Part shown: in pieces, positions 1 through 9,517 of the stretch
How positions within the stretch are numbered: position 1 is the first letter of the stretch
Layout of the letters: each line of letters begins with the position of its first letter
Source of the DNA: an uncultured Candidatus Saccharibacteria bacterium
GTDB taxonomy: Bacteria; Patescibacteriota; Minisyncoccia; Phycocordibacterales; JACNGX01
DNA: 64,000 nucleotides
Direction: 5' to 3'
Assembly (NCBI GenBank): GCA_964621395.1
Contig: CAZULS010000002.1
Coordinates: 23,306 to 87,305 of the forward strand
Notes under the pieces: generated by a model
Databases searched by the model: none
Told to the model about the DNA's origin: nothing
Seen by the model: only the letters and a program-made list of their open reading frames with translations
Translations under genes and position numbers: made by a program

Positions 1-342
1 GTGTTGTATACCGGACCAAACAGCCAGCTTGTGGTGATGAGCATACCTGCGGGGAGCGATATCGGTGAGGAGGTGCATGAGCTTGATCAGTTTATTCGTC
101 TTGAAGAAGGGAAGGGTCAGGCGATTCTGAACGACGAAGTTCATGACATTGAAGATGATTGGGCGGTAGTGATTCCTGCCGGCATGAAGCACAATATTGT
201 GAATACCGGTGAGGAAGCGATGAAGCTCTACAGCGTGTATTCTCCGGCTGAGCATCGCGATGGTGTGGTGCATGCCACGAAAGAAGAAGCGGAAGCCGAT
301 GACGAACATTTCGACGGAACGATTACAGAGCAAGAAACCTAA
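1..342 (+). CDS. Cupin domain protein (5'-truncated by window edge)
   Basis: Cupin motifs GEEVHELDQFIRLEEG and IPAGMKHNIVNTG, plus C-terminal SPAEHRDG. Confidence 0.85.
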   Translation: MLYTGPNSQLVVMSIPAGSDIGEEVHELDQFIRLEEGKGQAILNDEVHDIEDDWAVVIPAGMKHNIVNTGEEAMKLYSVYSPAEHRDGVVHATKEEAEADDEHFDGTITEQET

Positions 343-529
343 AAAGGAATACGAAAAACGCCTGAAGCATGACAGGTCATGCTCGGCCAAGGGGAAAATG
401 AAATATGTATAAAGCGGCGCGGTCATGAATGACCGCGCCGCTTTGCGCTTGCTTTTTTGTCTTTAGGAATGTATGGTGAGAGGAGGAATACACATAATGT
501 ACCTTATTATCTTTTGAACAAATCCAGAT

Positions 530-721
530 ATGGAGGTGTCTATGGTAATGAATGGTCCGTTTTGGGGACAAGGGGATATCTTTCTGATAGTGATGTTGTT
601 CGGAGCGTTTCTCTTGTGGGGCGGTGTTCTTTTTGTACGCGAACTTCTGAGAGGATGGAATTGGGACAGAGCGACGCATCTTCTTGCAGAACTGTTCGCT
701 ATTGGTCCAAGGAGGAGGTAA
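530..721 (+). CDS. Small membrane protein (orphan cassette)
   Basis: 63 aa with one TM stretch. Upstream TTGCTT-17-TATGGT promoter match. Confidence 0.5.
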   Translation: MEVSMVMNGPFWGQGDIFLIVMLFGAFLLWGGVLFVRELLRGWNWDRATHLLAELFAIGPRRR

Positions 722-723
722 GT

Positions 724-953
724 ATGGTGAACAAAAAGAAATCAACGGCATGGGGAGATTTATGGGATGTATTTTTCTCTTATAAACAGCTCCCTGATTC
801 GGTGAAAGAGGCAAAAAAACGGATTGGCGTCTTGCCACGATGGTCACGGTCAGAGAGACAATCCTTGATTATTTCAGTCCTCTTTTTACTGTTACTTCTC
901 GGAATGCCAAGAGATGGCAGGTCGAGGAATGGAAAAAAAGAGGAGATTTGTGA
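724..953 (+). pseudogene. Small protein, apparently frameshifted at the A7 run (813-819)
   Basis: GGAGGAGG SD before ATG 724. The -1 frame after the A7 run ends at TGA 951-953, directly before a terminator. Confidence 0.4.
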
Positions 954-978
954 AGAGCCCGAGCAGGGCTCTTTTTTT
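953..978 (+). terminator. Rho-independent terminator
   Basis: AAGAGCCC-GAGCA-GGGCTCTT followed by a T-tract. Confidence 0.8.
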
Positions 979-1067
979 GTGATCCTTAATTCTTCATTCT
1001 TATTTCATAATTCTGAAGCACGCGGCGGAGCTTTGCTCCGCCGCGTGCTTCCTGCTATACTTACACC

Positions 1068-1943
1068 ATGGATATTGAGAAGCTTAATAAAAATCAGATC
1101 GTACTCCTTGTTCTTCTTGTGAGTTTCGTAACCTCGATTGCAACAGGTATCGTGACGGTAACGCTTATGGACCAGGCCCCGCCGGGGATTACACAGACGA
1201 TCAACCGCGTAGTTGAGCGCACGGTGGAGACGGTGGAAAAGGTGGTTGTTGATGACACAGGAAAGACGGTTATTGAAGAAGTAGTCATTTCAGAAGAGAA
1301 TGCCATTGCCGATGCCGTGGCTCTCGCCTCGCCATCGCTTGCACGATTGTATGTGGATGGCGCTGAGGGTGTGGAGATATTTTCCGCACTTGCATTTCCC
1401 GTCCCTGAATATGGTGTACTCGTGACGGATGCAGGGTCTGTATTGGTTGATGGTGTGTATAGTGCCCGCGATGAAGCGGGAAATACATTTGAAGCACGGG
1501 TCATTGCTGAAGATATAACAAGTGGCGTTGCTGTACTTGAAATCATAAGCGAAGGAGCAACGCTTCCGATTATTCCCTTTGGGAATGAAGGAAACTTCCG
1601 TCTCGGGCAACGTATTATCGCTCTTGGTGGCAGTGAGAGCAATGAGATTGCATCGGGTATGATTGTGAGTGATCCAACGGTATCCCCCTTTGCCACGGAT
1701 ATCTCTCGAGGGAGCAGATTTGCCGGGGGCATGGCTCTCACAATCGGAGGAAATATTGCCGGCATGATTCGATCACAAGAGGGAAATGTCGTTATTATTG
1801 CGCCTTCATCCATTCTCTTGGCCGTGCGCACCATTCTTGGCGTGGAAACGAATGACACGGGAGCAGGAGAAGACTCCATAGTGTCGCCTGAGACACAAAC
1901 AGCCGCAGTTTCAGAAGCATTCTCCGAAGAAGAGGAGAATTGA
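1068..1943 (+). CDS. Membrane-anchored trypsin-like (S1C/HtrA-like) protein, catalytic residues degenerate
   Basis: N-terminal TM, TINRVVERT motif, GQRIIALG. Lacks TNxH and GNSGG. Confidence 0.7.
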   Translation: MDIEKLNKNQIVLLVLLVSFVTSIATGIVTVTLMDQAPPGITQTINRVVERTVETVEKVVVDDTGKTVIEEVVISEENAIADAVALASPSLARLYVDGAEGVEIFSALAFPVPEYGVLVTDAGSVLVDGVYSARDEAGNTFEARVIAEDITSGVAVLEIISEGATLPIIPFGNEGNFRLGQRIIALGGSESNEIASGMIVSDPTVSPFATDISRGSRFAGGMALTIGGNIAGMIRSQEGNVVIIAPSSILLAVRTILGVETNDTGAGEDSIVSPETQTAAVSEAFSEEEEN

Positions 1944-1968
1944 CTTCCACAACAGAATATTGTACAAT
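1940..1968 (+). promoter_or_regulatory. Sigma70 promoter for clpB
   Basis: TTGACT-17nt-TACAAT. Confidence 0.7.
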
Positions 1969-2024
1969 ACTCATACGAATGATTCGTAACATGTATATTC
2001 GTATCTATTTGTAATTCGATTTAT

Positions 2025-4733
2025 ATGATGCCTCCAATGAACAATTTTACGACGAAGGCGAAAGAAGCGATTCGTCGTGCCCATGAGCTTGCCATTGAGC
2101 GCGGACAAAATCATGTCTCGCCGCTCCATCTCATGACCGCGCTCCTCCTTGAAGAAGAGGGCGTGATTATTGCCGCTCTTGAGCGTATGGAAGTGGATAT
2201 TATTCTGCTTTCCGATACCTTGCTTGATGTGATTGAATCGGAGGGTAATGCAAGTGTGTTGTCGCCGTCGTATCAGATATATCTCACTCCCGAGCTTGCG
2301 CAGGTACTTGAAGCGTCGGTGCGGTTTGCGCAGCACATGAAAGATGAATTTGTTTCCACCGAACACCTTTTCTTGGCAATGCTTGATGTGGCAAATCCTG
2401 CTCGTGAGGTGATTGCCCGATTTCGTATTGATAAAGATGAAATGTTGCGCGTGATTGAAGAATTGCGCGATCAGCATATCACCGATGCAACACCGCCGAA
2501 AAAAGCGCGTGCGCTTATGAAGTATGCGCGCAATCTCACGGCACTTGCCGCCGAAGACAAACTCGATCCGGTGATTGGCCGCGATAATGAAATCAGGCGT
2601 ATCATGGAAATTCTCTCGCGCCGCACAAAAAACAATCCGATTTTGATTGGTGAGCCGGGCGTGGGAAAAACTGCCATTGCTGAAGGGCTCGCCGTGCGTA
2701 TTGCCAAGGGCGACGCGCCGGATTCTCTGAAGGATAAAGAAATCGTTGGGCTTGATCTTGGTCTTCTCATTGCCGGAACAAAATTCCGCGGTGAATTCGA
2801 GGAGCGATTTAAAACAGTGATGAAAGAGGTGGAGCGTTCTGAAGGAAAGATTATTCTCTTTATCGACGAGCTTCATACGATTGTGGGCGCCGGTGCGGCC
2901 GAAGGATCGATTGATGCATCGAATATGCTCAAGCCCGCGCTTGCGCGCGGCGAATTGCGCGTTGTCGGTGCCACCACCTTGAAGGAATACCAAAAATACG
3001 TGGAGAAAGACGCGGCGCTCGCGCGCCGCTTCCAGCCCGTGTATATCGATGAGCCGTCTCTTGCTGATGCTGTCGCTATCATGCGCGGACTGAAAGAAAA
3101 GTATGAGCTGTATCACGGCGTGCGTATTACCGATGACGCGATTGTCTCAGCTGTGGAGCTTTCCTCGCGCTATATCACCGGACGTTTTTTGCCGGATAAG
3201 GCGGTAGACCTCGTGGATGAGGCGGCTTCGTCGCTGCGTATTTCGCTTGAAAGTATGCCGCCAGAGCTTGAAGAGACACATCGCGCGGTGATGCGCCTTG
3301 AGGTGGAGAAGGAGGCGCTTCGAAAAGACACCGGCACGGGGATTGACCCGGCGATTGCCAAGAAAGCAAAGGCGCGTTTGCGTGCAATTGAAAAGGAGAT
3401 TGCCGACTTGAAAGAAAAAACGCGTGAAGTGGAGCTGAAATGGAAGAATGAAAAAGAGCTTTTGAACGATATCCGCACGCTGAAGAAAAATCTTGAGAGT
3501 TTGCGCCTTGACGCTGAGAAAGCAGAGCTGCGTTCTGATTTGGGAACCGCTGCTGAAATCCTCTACGGCAAAATTCCGGTTATTGAGAGTGAACTTACTA
3601 CCAAAACAAAGCGCTTGAAGGGTTTGCAGAAGCGTCGCCGTATTCTCAAAGAAGAAATTACCGAAGAGGAAATTGCCGCCGTGGTTGCGCGCTGGACGGG
3701 CGTACCCGTCTCACGCATGCTTGAGGAGGAAACGAAGAAGCTTGCGCGTATGGAAGAGGAATTACAGAAGCGCGTGATTGGTCAGAATGAAGCGGTAAAG
3801 AAGGTGGCTGATGCCGTGAAGCGCTCACGCGTGGGAGTCGGAGACCCAAATCGCCCCATCGGCTCATTTATGTTTCTTGGTCCGACCGGTGTCGGGAAAA
3901 CCGAGCTTACGAAAGCACTCGCATCGTTTATGTTTGATGATGAAAGAGCGCTGGTACGCGTGGATATGTCGGAATACATGGAACGTCATTCCACGGCGAA
4001 ACTCCTGGGCGCGCCTCCTGGGTACGTTGGCTACGATGAAGCGGGACAATTGACGGAAGCGGTGCGCCACCGTCCGTATTCGGTGGTGCTCTTTGATGAA
4101 ATTGAGAAGGCGCATCCGGAAGTGTTTAACGTGCTTCTTCAGGTATTGGATGAAGGACAGCTCACCGATTCCAAAGGACGCACCATCAACTTCAAGAATA
4201 CGATTGTGATTCTCACTTCCAACATCGGCTCCGAGCACATCGATCGTATGCAAACCATCGGATTTTCCAATGGCGATGAGAAGGAGGATTATGATGACGC
4301 GAAAGATAAGGTGATGAACAGTTTGCGTGATCATTTCCGTCCGGAATTCTTGAATCGCCTTGACGATATTGTGCTCTTCAATATCCTTTCGGAAGAGACT
4401 GTGCGTGATATTGTGGATGTGCAAATCGCTATCGCAGAGAAACGTCTTGCCGAAAAAGACATTGTGCTTTCGGTGACACCTGCGGCGCGTACGCTTATGG
4501 GGAAGAAAGGATACAATCCGCAATACGGTGCGCGTCCGCTCAGGCGCTTGGTGCAGACGGATATTCTGACACCGGTGGCAAGTGCTATGATCGACGAAGG
4601 CATTATGAATGGCGGAAAAGTGACCGTGGACGTGAAAGGCGATGAGCTTGTGGTGAATGCCGAGGCGAAGAGAAAGAAGTCTCGAAAAACGACGAAGAAG
4701 CCGGCAGCGAAAAAAACGGCGAAGGTGGGGTAG
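2025..4733 (+). CDS. clpB: ATP-dependent Clp chaperone (ClpB-like)
   Basis: Clp N-domain, two Walker A motifs ([16 protein letters not shown]), long coiled-coil middle domain, GARPLRR. Confidence 0.9.
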   Translation: MMPPMNNFTTKAKEAIRRAHELAIERGQNHVSPLHLMTALLLEEEGVIIAALERMEVDIILLSDTLLDVIESEGNASVLSPSYQIYLTPELAQVLEASVRFAQHMKDEFVSTEHLFLAMLDVANPAREVIARFRIDKDEMLRVIEELRDQHITDATPPKKARALMKYARNLTALAAEDKLDPVIGRDNEIRRIMEILSRRTKNNPILIGEPGVGKTAIAEGLAVRIAKGDAPDSLKDKEIVGLDLGLLIAGTKFRGEFEERFKTVMKEVERSEGKIILFIDELHTIVGAGAAEGSIDASNMLKPALARGELRVVGATTLKEYQKYVEKDAALARRFQPVYIDEPSLADAVAIMRGLKEKYELYHGVRITDDAIVSAVELSSRYITGRFLPDKAVDLVDEAASSLRISLESMPPELEETHRAVMRLEVEKEALRKDTGTGIDPAIAKKAKARLRAIEKEIADLKEKTREVELKWKNEKELLNDIRTLKKNLESLRLDAEKAELRSDLGTAAEILYGKIPVIESELTTKTKRLKGLQKRRRILKEEITEEEIAAVVARWTGVPVSRMLEEETKKLARMEEELQKRVIGQNEAVKKVADAVKRSRVGVGDPNRPIGSFMFLGPTGVGKTELTKALASFMFDDERALVRVDMSEYMERHSTAKLLGAPPGYVGYDEAGQLTEAVRHRPYSVVLFDEIEKAHPEVFNVLLQVLDEGQLTDSKGRTINFKNTIVILTSNIGSEHIDRMQTIGFSNGDEKEDYDDAKDKVMNSLRDHFRPEFLNRLDDIVLFNILSEETVRDIVDVQIAIAEKRLAEKDIVLSVTPAARTLMGKKGYNPQYGARPLRRLVQTDILTPVASAMIDEGIMNGGKVTVDVKGDELVVNAEAKRKKSRKTTKKPAAKKTAKVG

Positions 4734-4858
4734 GGGAAACGGTAGATGAGCTTAAAAAGGAGAATAGGAGATTACAAATTAAGGATTAAAAAAGGACACC
4801 CGCGCCGCGGGCGTTTGGGTTGCGACATGCAAAAAACATGTTACAATACCTCCCACTT

Positions 4859-4942
4859 GCGTCGGTGGCGGAGTGGTCAATCGCAGCAGACTGTAAATCT
4901 GCCGGCTTTATGCCTACGTTGGTTCAAATCCAACCCGGCGCA
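4859..4942 (+). tRNA. tRNA-Tyr(GTA)
   Basis: Acceptor stem GCGTCGG/CCGGCGC, anticodon arm GCAGA-CTGTAAA-TCTGC, long variable arm, GGTTCAAATCC. CCA not encoded. Confidence 0.95.
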
Positions 4943-5031
4943 CAAATAAAAGAGCCCTTTATGGGCTCTTTTATTTGTGCGCCGGGAGCAAGCCAACTGC
5001 TTGGCTTGCGTTCGGATTTAAATATGAATTA

Positions 5032-5445
5032 TCATTCGGGACGTATCAGCTTGAAAGCGGGACTATAATCTTCAGAGAGATAGCGCGGACCTTTCCCGAG
5101 CTCCTTTTTCACAAGTTTTGCCTTTTCGAATTCATATCCTTTTTCTTCCATTTTTTGATAGATTTTAATGACCTCAGGAGATACGCCGTAATCACTCTCG
5201 AAATTAAGATTATTATTGATACAATATTGAAGGACTTTTTCATACAACAGCGTTCCGTATCCTTTCCCGGACTCTTGCACACTTACATTAGAAATTTTGA
5301 GAGTGTCACCGTGTTTTTCAAGTACCATACCACCTATATTTTCTGGCAAGGTAACGAATACAGTGTCCCCTGTATCTTCTATCTGTATATCATCTAATGA
5401 TACGTATTCTGACCGAGATGGTGAATTTTCAGAAATGTTCTTCAT
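5032..5445 (-). CDS. GNAT-fold acetyltransferase-like protein
   Basis: V..SGKGYGTLLY acetyl-CoA-binding motif. AT-rich. Start inferred from TATGAT -10 element 7 nt upstream. Confidence 0.6.
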   Translation of the reverse strand: MKNISENSPSRSEYVSLDDIQIEDTGDTVFVTLPENIGGMVLEKHGDTLKISNVSVQESGKGYGTLLYEKVLQYCINNNLNFESDYGVSPEVIKIYQKMEEKGYEFEKAKLVKKELGKGPRYLSEDYSPAFKLIRPE

Positions 5446-5536
5446 ACTACATATCATAACAGGAATAGTCGCCTTTTATAACCCTCTGGGTTTTTTCTTT
5501 TGAAACACCATAAAAATGCGGTATCATTAAAGCATA

Positions 5537-6316
5537 ATGAAAAAAGCACATGCAGTGGCTCTGTTTACCTATCTCCGCAAAACGGCGGCGTTTGTTTTTT
5601 TGATTGCACTGTTGGCTATTACCGCGGACGTGCTAAGGTTTGTGACAATGATTGCTGCGTCACCGACAATTGGCCCGGCGGGTACTTCACTCGATCGTCC
5701 GTATGAGCAGGACATTCCCGGGGCGGACATGCGTATTCTCATTGCAGGTGACAGCACTGCCGTGGGTGTGGGTGCTTACACGCCAAGAGAAACTATTGCC
5801 GGAAGGTTGGCGGAGGATGTTCCGGACGCTGCTGTTGAGAACAGTGCGGTATCGGGAGCAAAGATTATTGATGTGATAGAGCAGTTTGATACTATTGAAG
5901 GGAGATACACCATGATTCTCGTCCAAGTTGGGGCTAATGATATTATTTACTTTTCAGACGAGTCGGAAATACAAGCCCAAGTAGGGGATATGATGAGTGA
6001 GGCGTATAAACACTCAAGTACGATTGTTGTGTTGGCGCCATTTGATGTGAGTATTGTCCCGCTTTTGCCACGTGTGTTGAGCCCTGTCTTTGCGACACGC
6101 TCCTCAGATATTTTGGGAGTCATGAAAGAAGTTGTGGAAGAGAAGGGAGGTATATTTATCGACTTGTATAAAAGCGAGGAAGAAAAGCAATTTGCGGAAC
6201 ATACCGATACATTTTTCTCGGCAGATTCTTTCCATCCGAGCAGTGATGGGTACGCACTCGCATACGAACGTATCAAAAAAGAATTGTGTGAGCGTGAGAT
6301 ATTGTGTGTGGAATAA
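5537..6316 (+). CDS. SGNH/GDSL hydrolase, N-terminal membrane anchor
   Basis: GDSTAVG, GAND and DSFHP blocks. Confidence 0.9.
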   Translation: MKKAHAVALFTYLRKTAAFVFLIALLAITADVLRFVTMIAASPTIGPAGTSLDRPYEQDIPGADMRILIAGDSTAVGVGAYTPRETIAGRLAEDVPDAAVENSAVSGAKIIDVIEQFDTIEGRYTMILVQVGANDIIYFSDESEIQAQVGDMMSEAYKHSSTIVVLAPFDVSIVPLLPRVLSPVFATRSSDILGVMKEVVEEKGGIFIDLYKSEEEKQFAEHTDTFFSADSFHPSSDGYALAYERIKKELCEREILCVE

Positions 6317-6370
6317 TTGTGTTTGATATGGTATCGTATGGTGACCGTATTGTTTTGTGTTAGAACATAC

Positions 6371-6441
6371 GGGAGATTAGTTAAGTGGCATAACAGCGGT
6401 CTCCAAAACCGCGGTCGGGGGTTCGATTCCCTCATCTCCCG
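6371..6441 (+). tRNA. tRNA-Trp(CCA)
   Basis: Acceptor GGGAGAT/ATCTCCC, GCGGT-CTCCAAA-ACCGC, GGTTCGATTCC. Confidence 0.95.
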
Positions 6442-6448
6442 CCCTGCA

Positions 6449-6482
6449 CCAAACACCACTCCCGAAAGGGAGTGGTGTTTGG
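6449..6482. terminator. Hairpin/terminator between tRNA-Trp and the convergent kinase gene
   Basis: CCAAACACCACTCCC-GAAA-GGGAGTGGTGTTTGG perfect stem. Confidence 0.7.
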
Positions 6483-6499
6483 ATTTCGCTTAGTTTAAT

Positions 6500-7492
6500 C
6501 TATACGATCTTCTTCGGTTCGTAGTCTGTGGGGCGGTTTGCCAGGTATTCTTCTAGCTTTTCGCGGGTGAGAAGACCTTCTTGCGCGCCAATACCTTGGA
6601 CAACCGACATGGAATTGATTGGTCCCCACATAAGCGCTTCGGATACCGGCTTGCCCAACACAAGCGCTGAGGTGAAGGTGCTTGAGAATGAGTCGCCGGC
6701 ACCGGTGCGTTCATACGGCGGAGCAGGATCCGGATACGGTGGCATAAACCATACACCTCCTTCTTCCGCAGCGTAGGCGCCTTTCGGTCCGTCGGTAATC
6801 ACTGCAATATTGGGGCCGAGTGTACGCATCTTTTGAGCAAGCTCTTCGGGTGAGCTATCGTCATCGCCGAGAATGAGCCGTGCCTCTTCCACATTACAGA
6901 AAAATACTTCTGTCTGCGCGTATAAGTCTTTGAGTTTTTCATAACCGAGCTTGATCTGGAACGTCCCGGGCTGGAATGCCAATTTCACATTCGGATGCTC
7001 TTCACAGTATGTGGCGATGGCGTGGTGATAGTCCATGGAGTTTTCACCGACGGAAGAGAAGTAAATCCATTTTGGCTCGCCGAGATCAGGGAGCGTGTAG
7101 TCGTATTCCTCATGCTTGATGAGAATGGTGCGCTCTGCCTTGTGCCAAAGAACATAATGATAATTGCTTACTTTGCCGGGATGAACGGTGATGAAGTCGC
7201 CCTCGACACCGTTTCCCTTGAGTGTCTCTATATCCTCCTTTCCATGTGCATCGTCGCCGAGATCGGTGACGAGTGCCGAGCGAAGACCAAGACGTGCGGC
7301 AGATACCGCGGCATTAGCGCTGTTGCCCACAGCCGGAACGACCGTTGCCGACTCAAACGGAATTTTTGAGCCATTGGTAAGACAGATTTTTTCCTCCTTT
7401 TCTTCTTCGTCGAAAAAAACACTTGCGTGATTGATGCGAATAAAGACGTCGGTAACCGTGTCGCCGATAGCGATGAAATCAAATTGCTCCAT
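6500..7492 (-). CDS. PfkB-family carbohydrate kinase
   Basis: GNSANAAVSAARLG and ERTGAGDSF PfkB signatures. Confidence 0.9.
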   Translation of the reverse strand: MEQFDFIAIGDTVTDVFIRINHASVFFDEEEKEEKICLTNGSKIPFESATVVPAVGNSANAAVSAARLGLRSALVTDLGDDAHGKEDIETLKGNGVEGDFITVHPGKVSNYHYVLWHKAERTILIKHEEYDYTLPDLGEPKWIYFSSVGENSMDYHHAIATYCEEHPNVKLAFQPGTFQIKLGYEKLKDLYAQTEVFFCNVEEARLILGDDDSSPEELAQKMRTLGPNIAVITDGPKGAYAAEEGGVWFMPPYPDPAPPYERTGAGDSFSSTFTSALVLGKPVSEALMWGPINSMSVVQGIGAQEGLLTREKLEEYLANRPTDYEPKKIV

Positions 7493-7584
7493 AAGTATCG
7501 ATAAATATCAGTATAAACTGATGTGAATAATGCTTCTATGGTAGCATAAAGTTGTTATGTTGCGGATAGAGACAAAAGTTGAGG

Positions 7585-7730
7585 GATGTGGTTATTGGAA
7601 TATGGTGGGGGAATAGGGAAGTTGTTAGTTGGTAGTTTTTAGTTTTTAGTGGGCGCGGCTACGCCGCGCCTTAAGGATAAGAAAAAGTGGCGGCACCGAA
7701 GGTGCCGCCACTTTTTCTTTTCCTTGCTCT
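7585..7730 (+). repeat. Composite intergenic repeat module (TTTTAGT heptamers + GGCGCG hairpin + GCGGCACC palindrome)
   Basis: Colinear homolog at about 11001-11147. Partial copies at about 23990-24063 and 56193-56251. Confidence 0.8.
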
Positions 7731-7756
7731 GAAACATTGTCTTAAGAGGTTGTGTA

Positions 7757-7806
7757 AAAACCAAGGTTGAGCTTTGGTATATATACCAAAGCTCAACCTT
7801 GGTTTT
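7757..7806. repeat. Perfect 50-bp palindrome (CCAAGGTTnAnCTTTGG family)
   Basis: Self-complementary across all 50 nt. Relatives at 9315-9368 and 24549-24594. Confidence 0.9.
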
Positions 7807-7955
7807 CGTGATTCTGAATCACCAGAACATCACCCGGCTCTTTCCCAGAAAGGGCTGGGTGATGTTCGGCAAGAGTTTAGAATGACAGCAAGCAATGCAT
7901 AAATAAAAAAGACCTTGTGTTTTTGCGTGTACACAAGGTCTTCAAGTAATGGTAA

Positions 7956-8348
7956 TCAAAGAGGAGCCACAACACAGTCTCTGGCTATGTTTTCGGGGTA
8001 AAGGAAACTCACCCCATCTTCGCCGTCGAGGATAATCCAGATGACTTTCTCTCCTGAGTTGTCATATGGATTTTTTGGACCGATACCAATGACTGTGTAA
8101 TAACATTCATCATCGGCATCATATACCCTCATGTTGTGTTCCAGGGCGACTTCGTCGTAAGTCAGATATTCCCCGAGTCCTTCATTAGAAATTTCAAGTT
8201 CAATTCTTGTTCCGTCTGCGGCGCAGACGTAAATCCTTTTTGTTGATCCAGACAATGCAAGCACGCAATTGTCCCAAGCGACAGAAGTTTGGTCGAAGAT
8301 TTTTCCAATACTTGACCCTGTCTTACCTAAGAGATATTCCCAATTCAT
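7956..8348 (-). CDS. Hypothetical protein (orphan cassette)
   Basis: 130-aa ORF with GAGGAG SD, TTGACA-17-TAGCTT promoter (8428-8400) and downstream hairpin plus T-tract (about 7905-7942). Confidence 0.7.
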   Translation of the reverse strand: MNWEYLLGKTGSSIGKIFDQTSVAWDNCVLALSGSTKRIYVCAADGTRIELEISNEGLGEYLTYDEVALEHNMRVYDADDECYYTVIGIGPKNPYDNSGEKVIWIILDGEDGVSFLYPENIARDCVVAPL

Positions 8349-8533
8349 GTTGTCTCCTCGTTGTTTTTGTTGAGAGTAATGCCTGGCGATACTACGACTA
8401 AGCTATCACATATCGTAGTATCTGTCAACAATTGACCCCGACCCTAAAATGTGTACAATACGGAGCACTGATACATTGATTATCACCGATTTTTTGATTT
8501 TTCTTTTTTGTTTTTAATTTTTTATTTCTATTT

Positions 8534-9178
8534 ATGACACTCACCATTGAAGCAATTCATCGTCCTATGACACGCAAGGCAGAAGCACTTCGAGCAGAAG
8601 GGCGTGTACCGGCTGTTGTGTACGGTCCGACAACCGACAATATTCCGCTTTCCATCAATGCACGTGCGTTTAAGAAGGTATGGCATGAGGCGGGTGAGAC
8701 GACCGTGATTGGCGTATCTGTCGACGACAAGACAATCGACGTGCTTATTCAGGAGGTGGCGGTGCATCCGGTGTCCGGTGAGCCGATTCACGCTGATTTC
8801 TATGCTGTGGACAAGACAAAGAAGGTGGAAGTAAACATTCCGCTTTCATTCGACGGCGTGGCGCCTGCGGTGAAAGATTTGGGCGGTACGCTTGTGAAGG
8901 TACTTCATGAAATTACCGTGAGCGGTCTTCCCGACAATCTTCCGAGTGAGATTGTGGTGGATATCGCTTCTCTGAAAGAACTCGACAGCGTGATTGCCGT
9001 AAAAGACGTGTCACTTCCCGAAGGTGTGGAGGCGGCGATGCCTGAGGACGATGTGGTCGCATCCATATCTGTGCAGGAAGAAGAACCGGAAGAGACGACC
9101 GAAGCACCGGACCTTGAATCCATTGAAGTTGAGCAGAAGGGTAAGAAGGAGGAGGAAGGGGAAGAGAAGGAAGAATAA
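8534..9178 (+). CDS. rplY: 50S ribosomal protein bL25/CTC
   Basis: LRAEGRVPAVVYG, HPVSGEPIHADFY, CTC C-domain, acidic tail. Confidence 0.95.
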   Translation: MTLTIEAIHRPMTRKAEALRAEGRVPAVVYGPTTDNIPLSINARAFKKVWHEAGETTVIGVSVDDKTIDVLIQEVAVHPVSGEPIHADFYAVDKTKKVEVNIPLSFDGVAPAVKDLGGTLVKVLHEITVSGLPDNLPSEIVVDIASLKELDSVIAVKDVSLPEGVEAAMPEDDVVASISVQEEEPEETTEAPDLESIEVEQKGKKEEEGEEKEE

Positions 9179-9257
9179 AGAATTACGAATTATGAATAGA
9201 AAAAGTGGCGGCACCTTCGGTGCCGCCACTTTTTTCCATACCCTATCCCATATTCCC

Positions 9258-9395
9258 GTCATCCCGCACTTGATGCGGGATCTCGAGAGAGTGGTTTCGA
9301 AAAGTGGAATTCGGACAAAACCAAAGTTCACCTTTGGTATTCATACCAAAGGTGAACTTTGGTTTTGTAAGATCCCGCATCAAGTGCGGGATGAC
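9258..9395. repeat. Inverted pair of REP-like GTCATCCCGCACTTGATGCGGGATCT enclosing a 54-bp palindrome
   Basis: Copies at 9258-9283 (+) and 9370-9395 (-). More than 20 related copies in the window. Confidence 0.9.
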
Positions 9396-9517
9396 ACTAT
9401 ATATTTCGTTGTTACGCGAGCGCAGCTCGCGCCTGCTTGCCGTTAGGCATACATATTTCGTATTTCATACTCCTAACTAACTTCTAGCTGTAAGCTAAAA
9501 ATGATACAATGATATGC

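Noticed and set aside
457-1122. 221-aa ORF in the track
   Set aside because: It runs through a clear terminator and overlaps two better-supported ORFs. Only the portion from 724 has an SD.
1940-2024. CIRCE or CtsR operator upstream of clpB
   Set aside because: No TTAGCACTC-N9-GAGTGCTAA or GGTCAAA repeat is visible.
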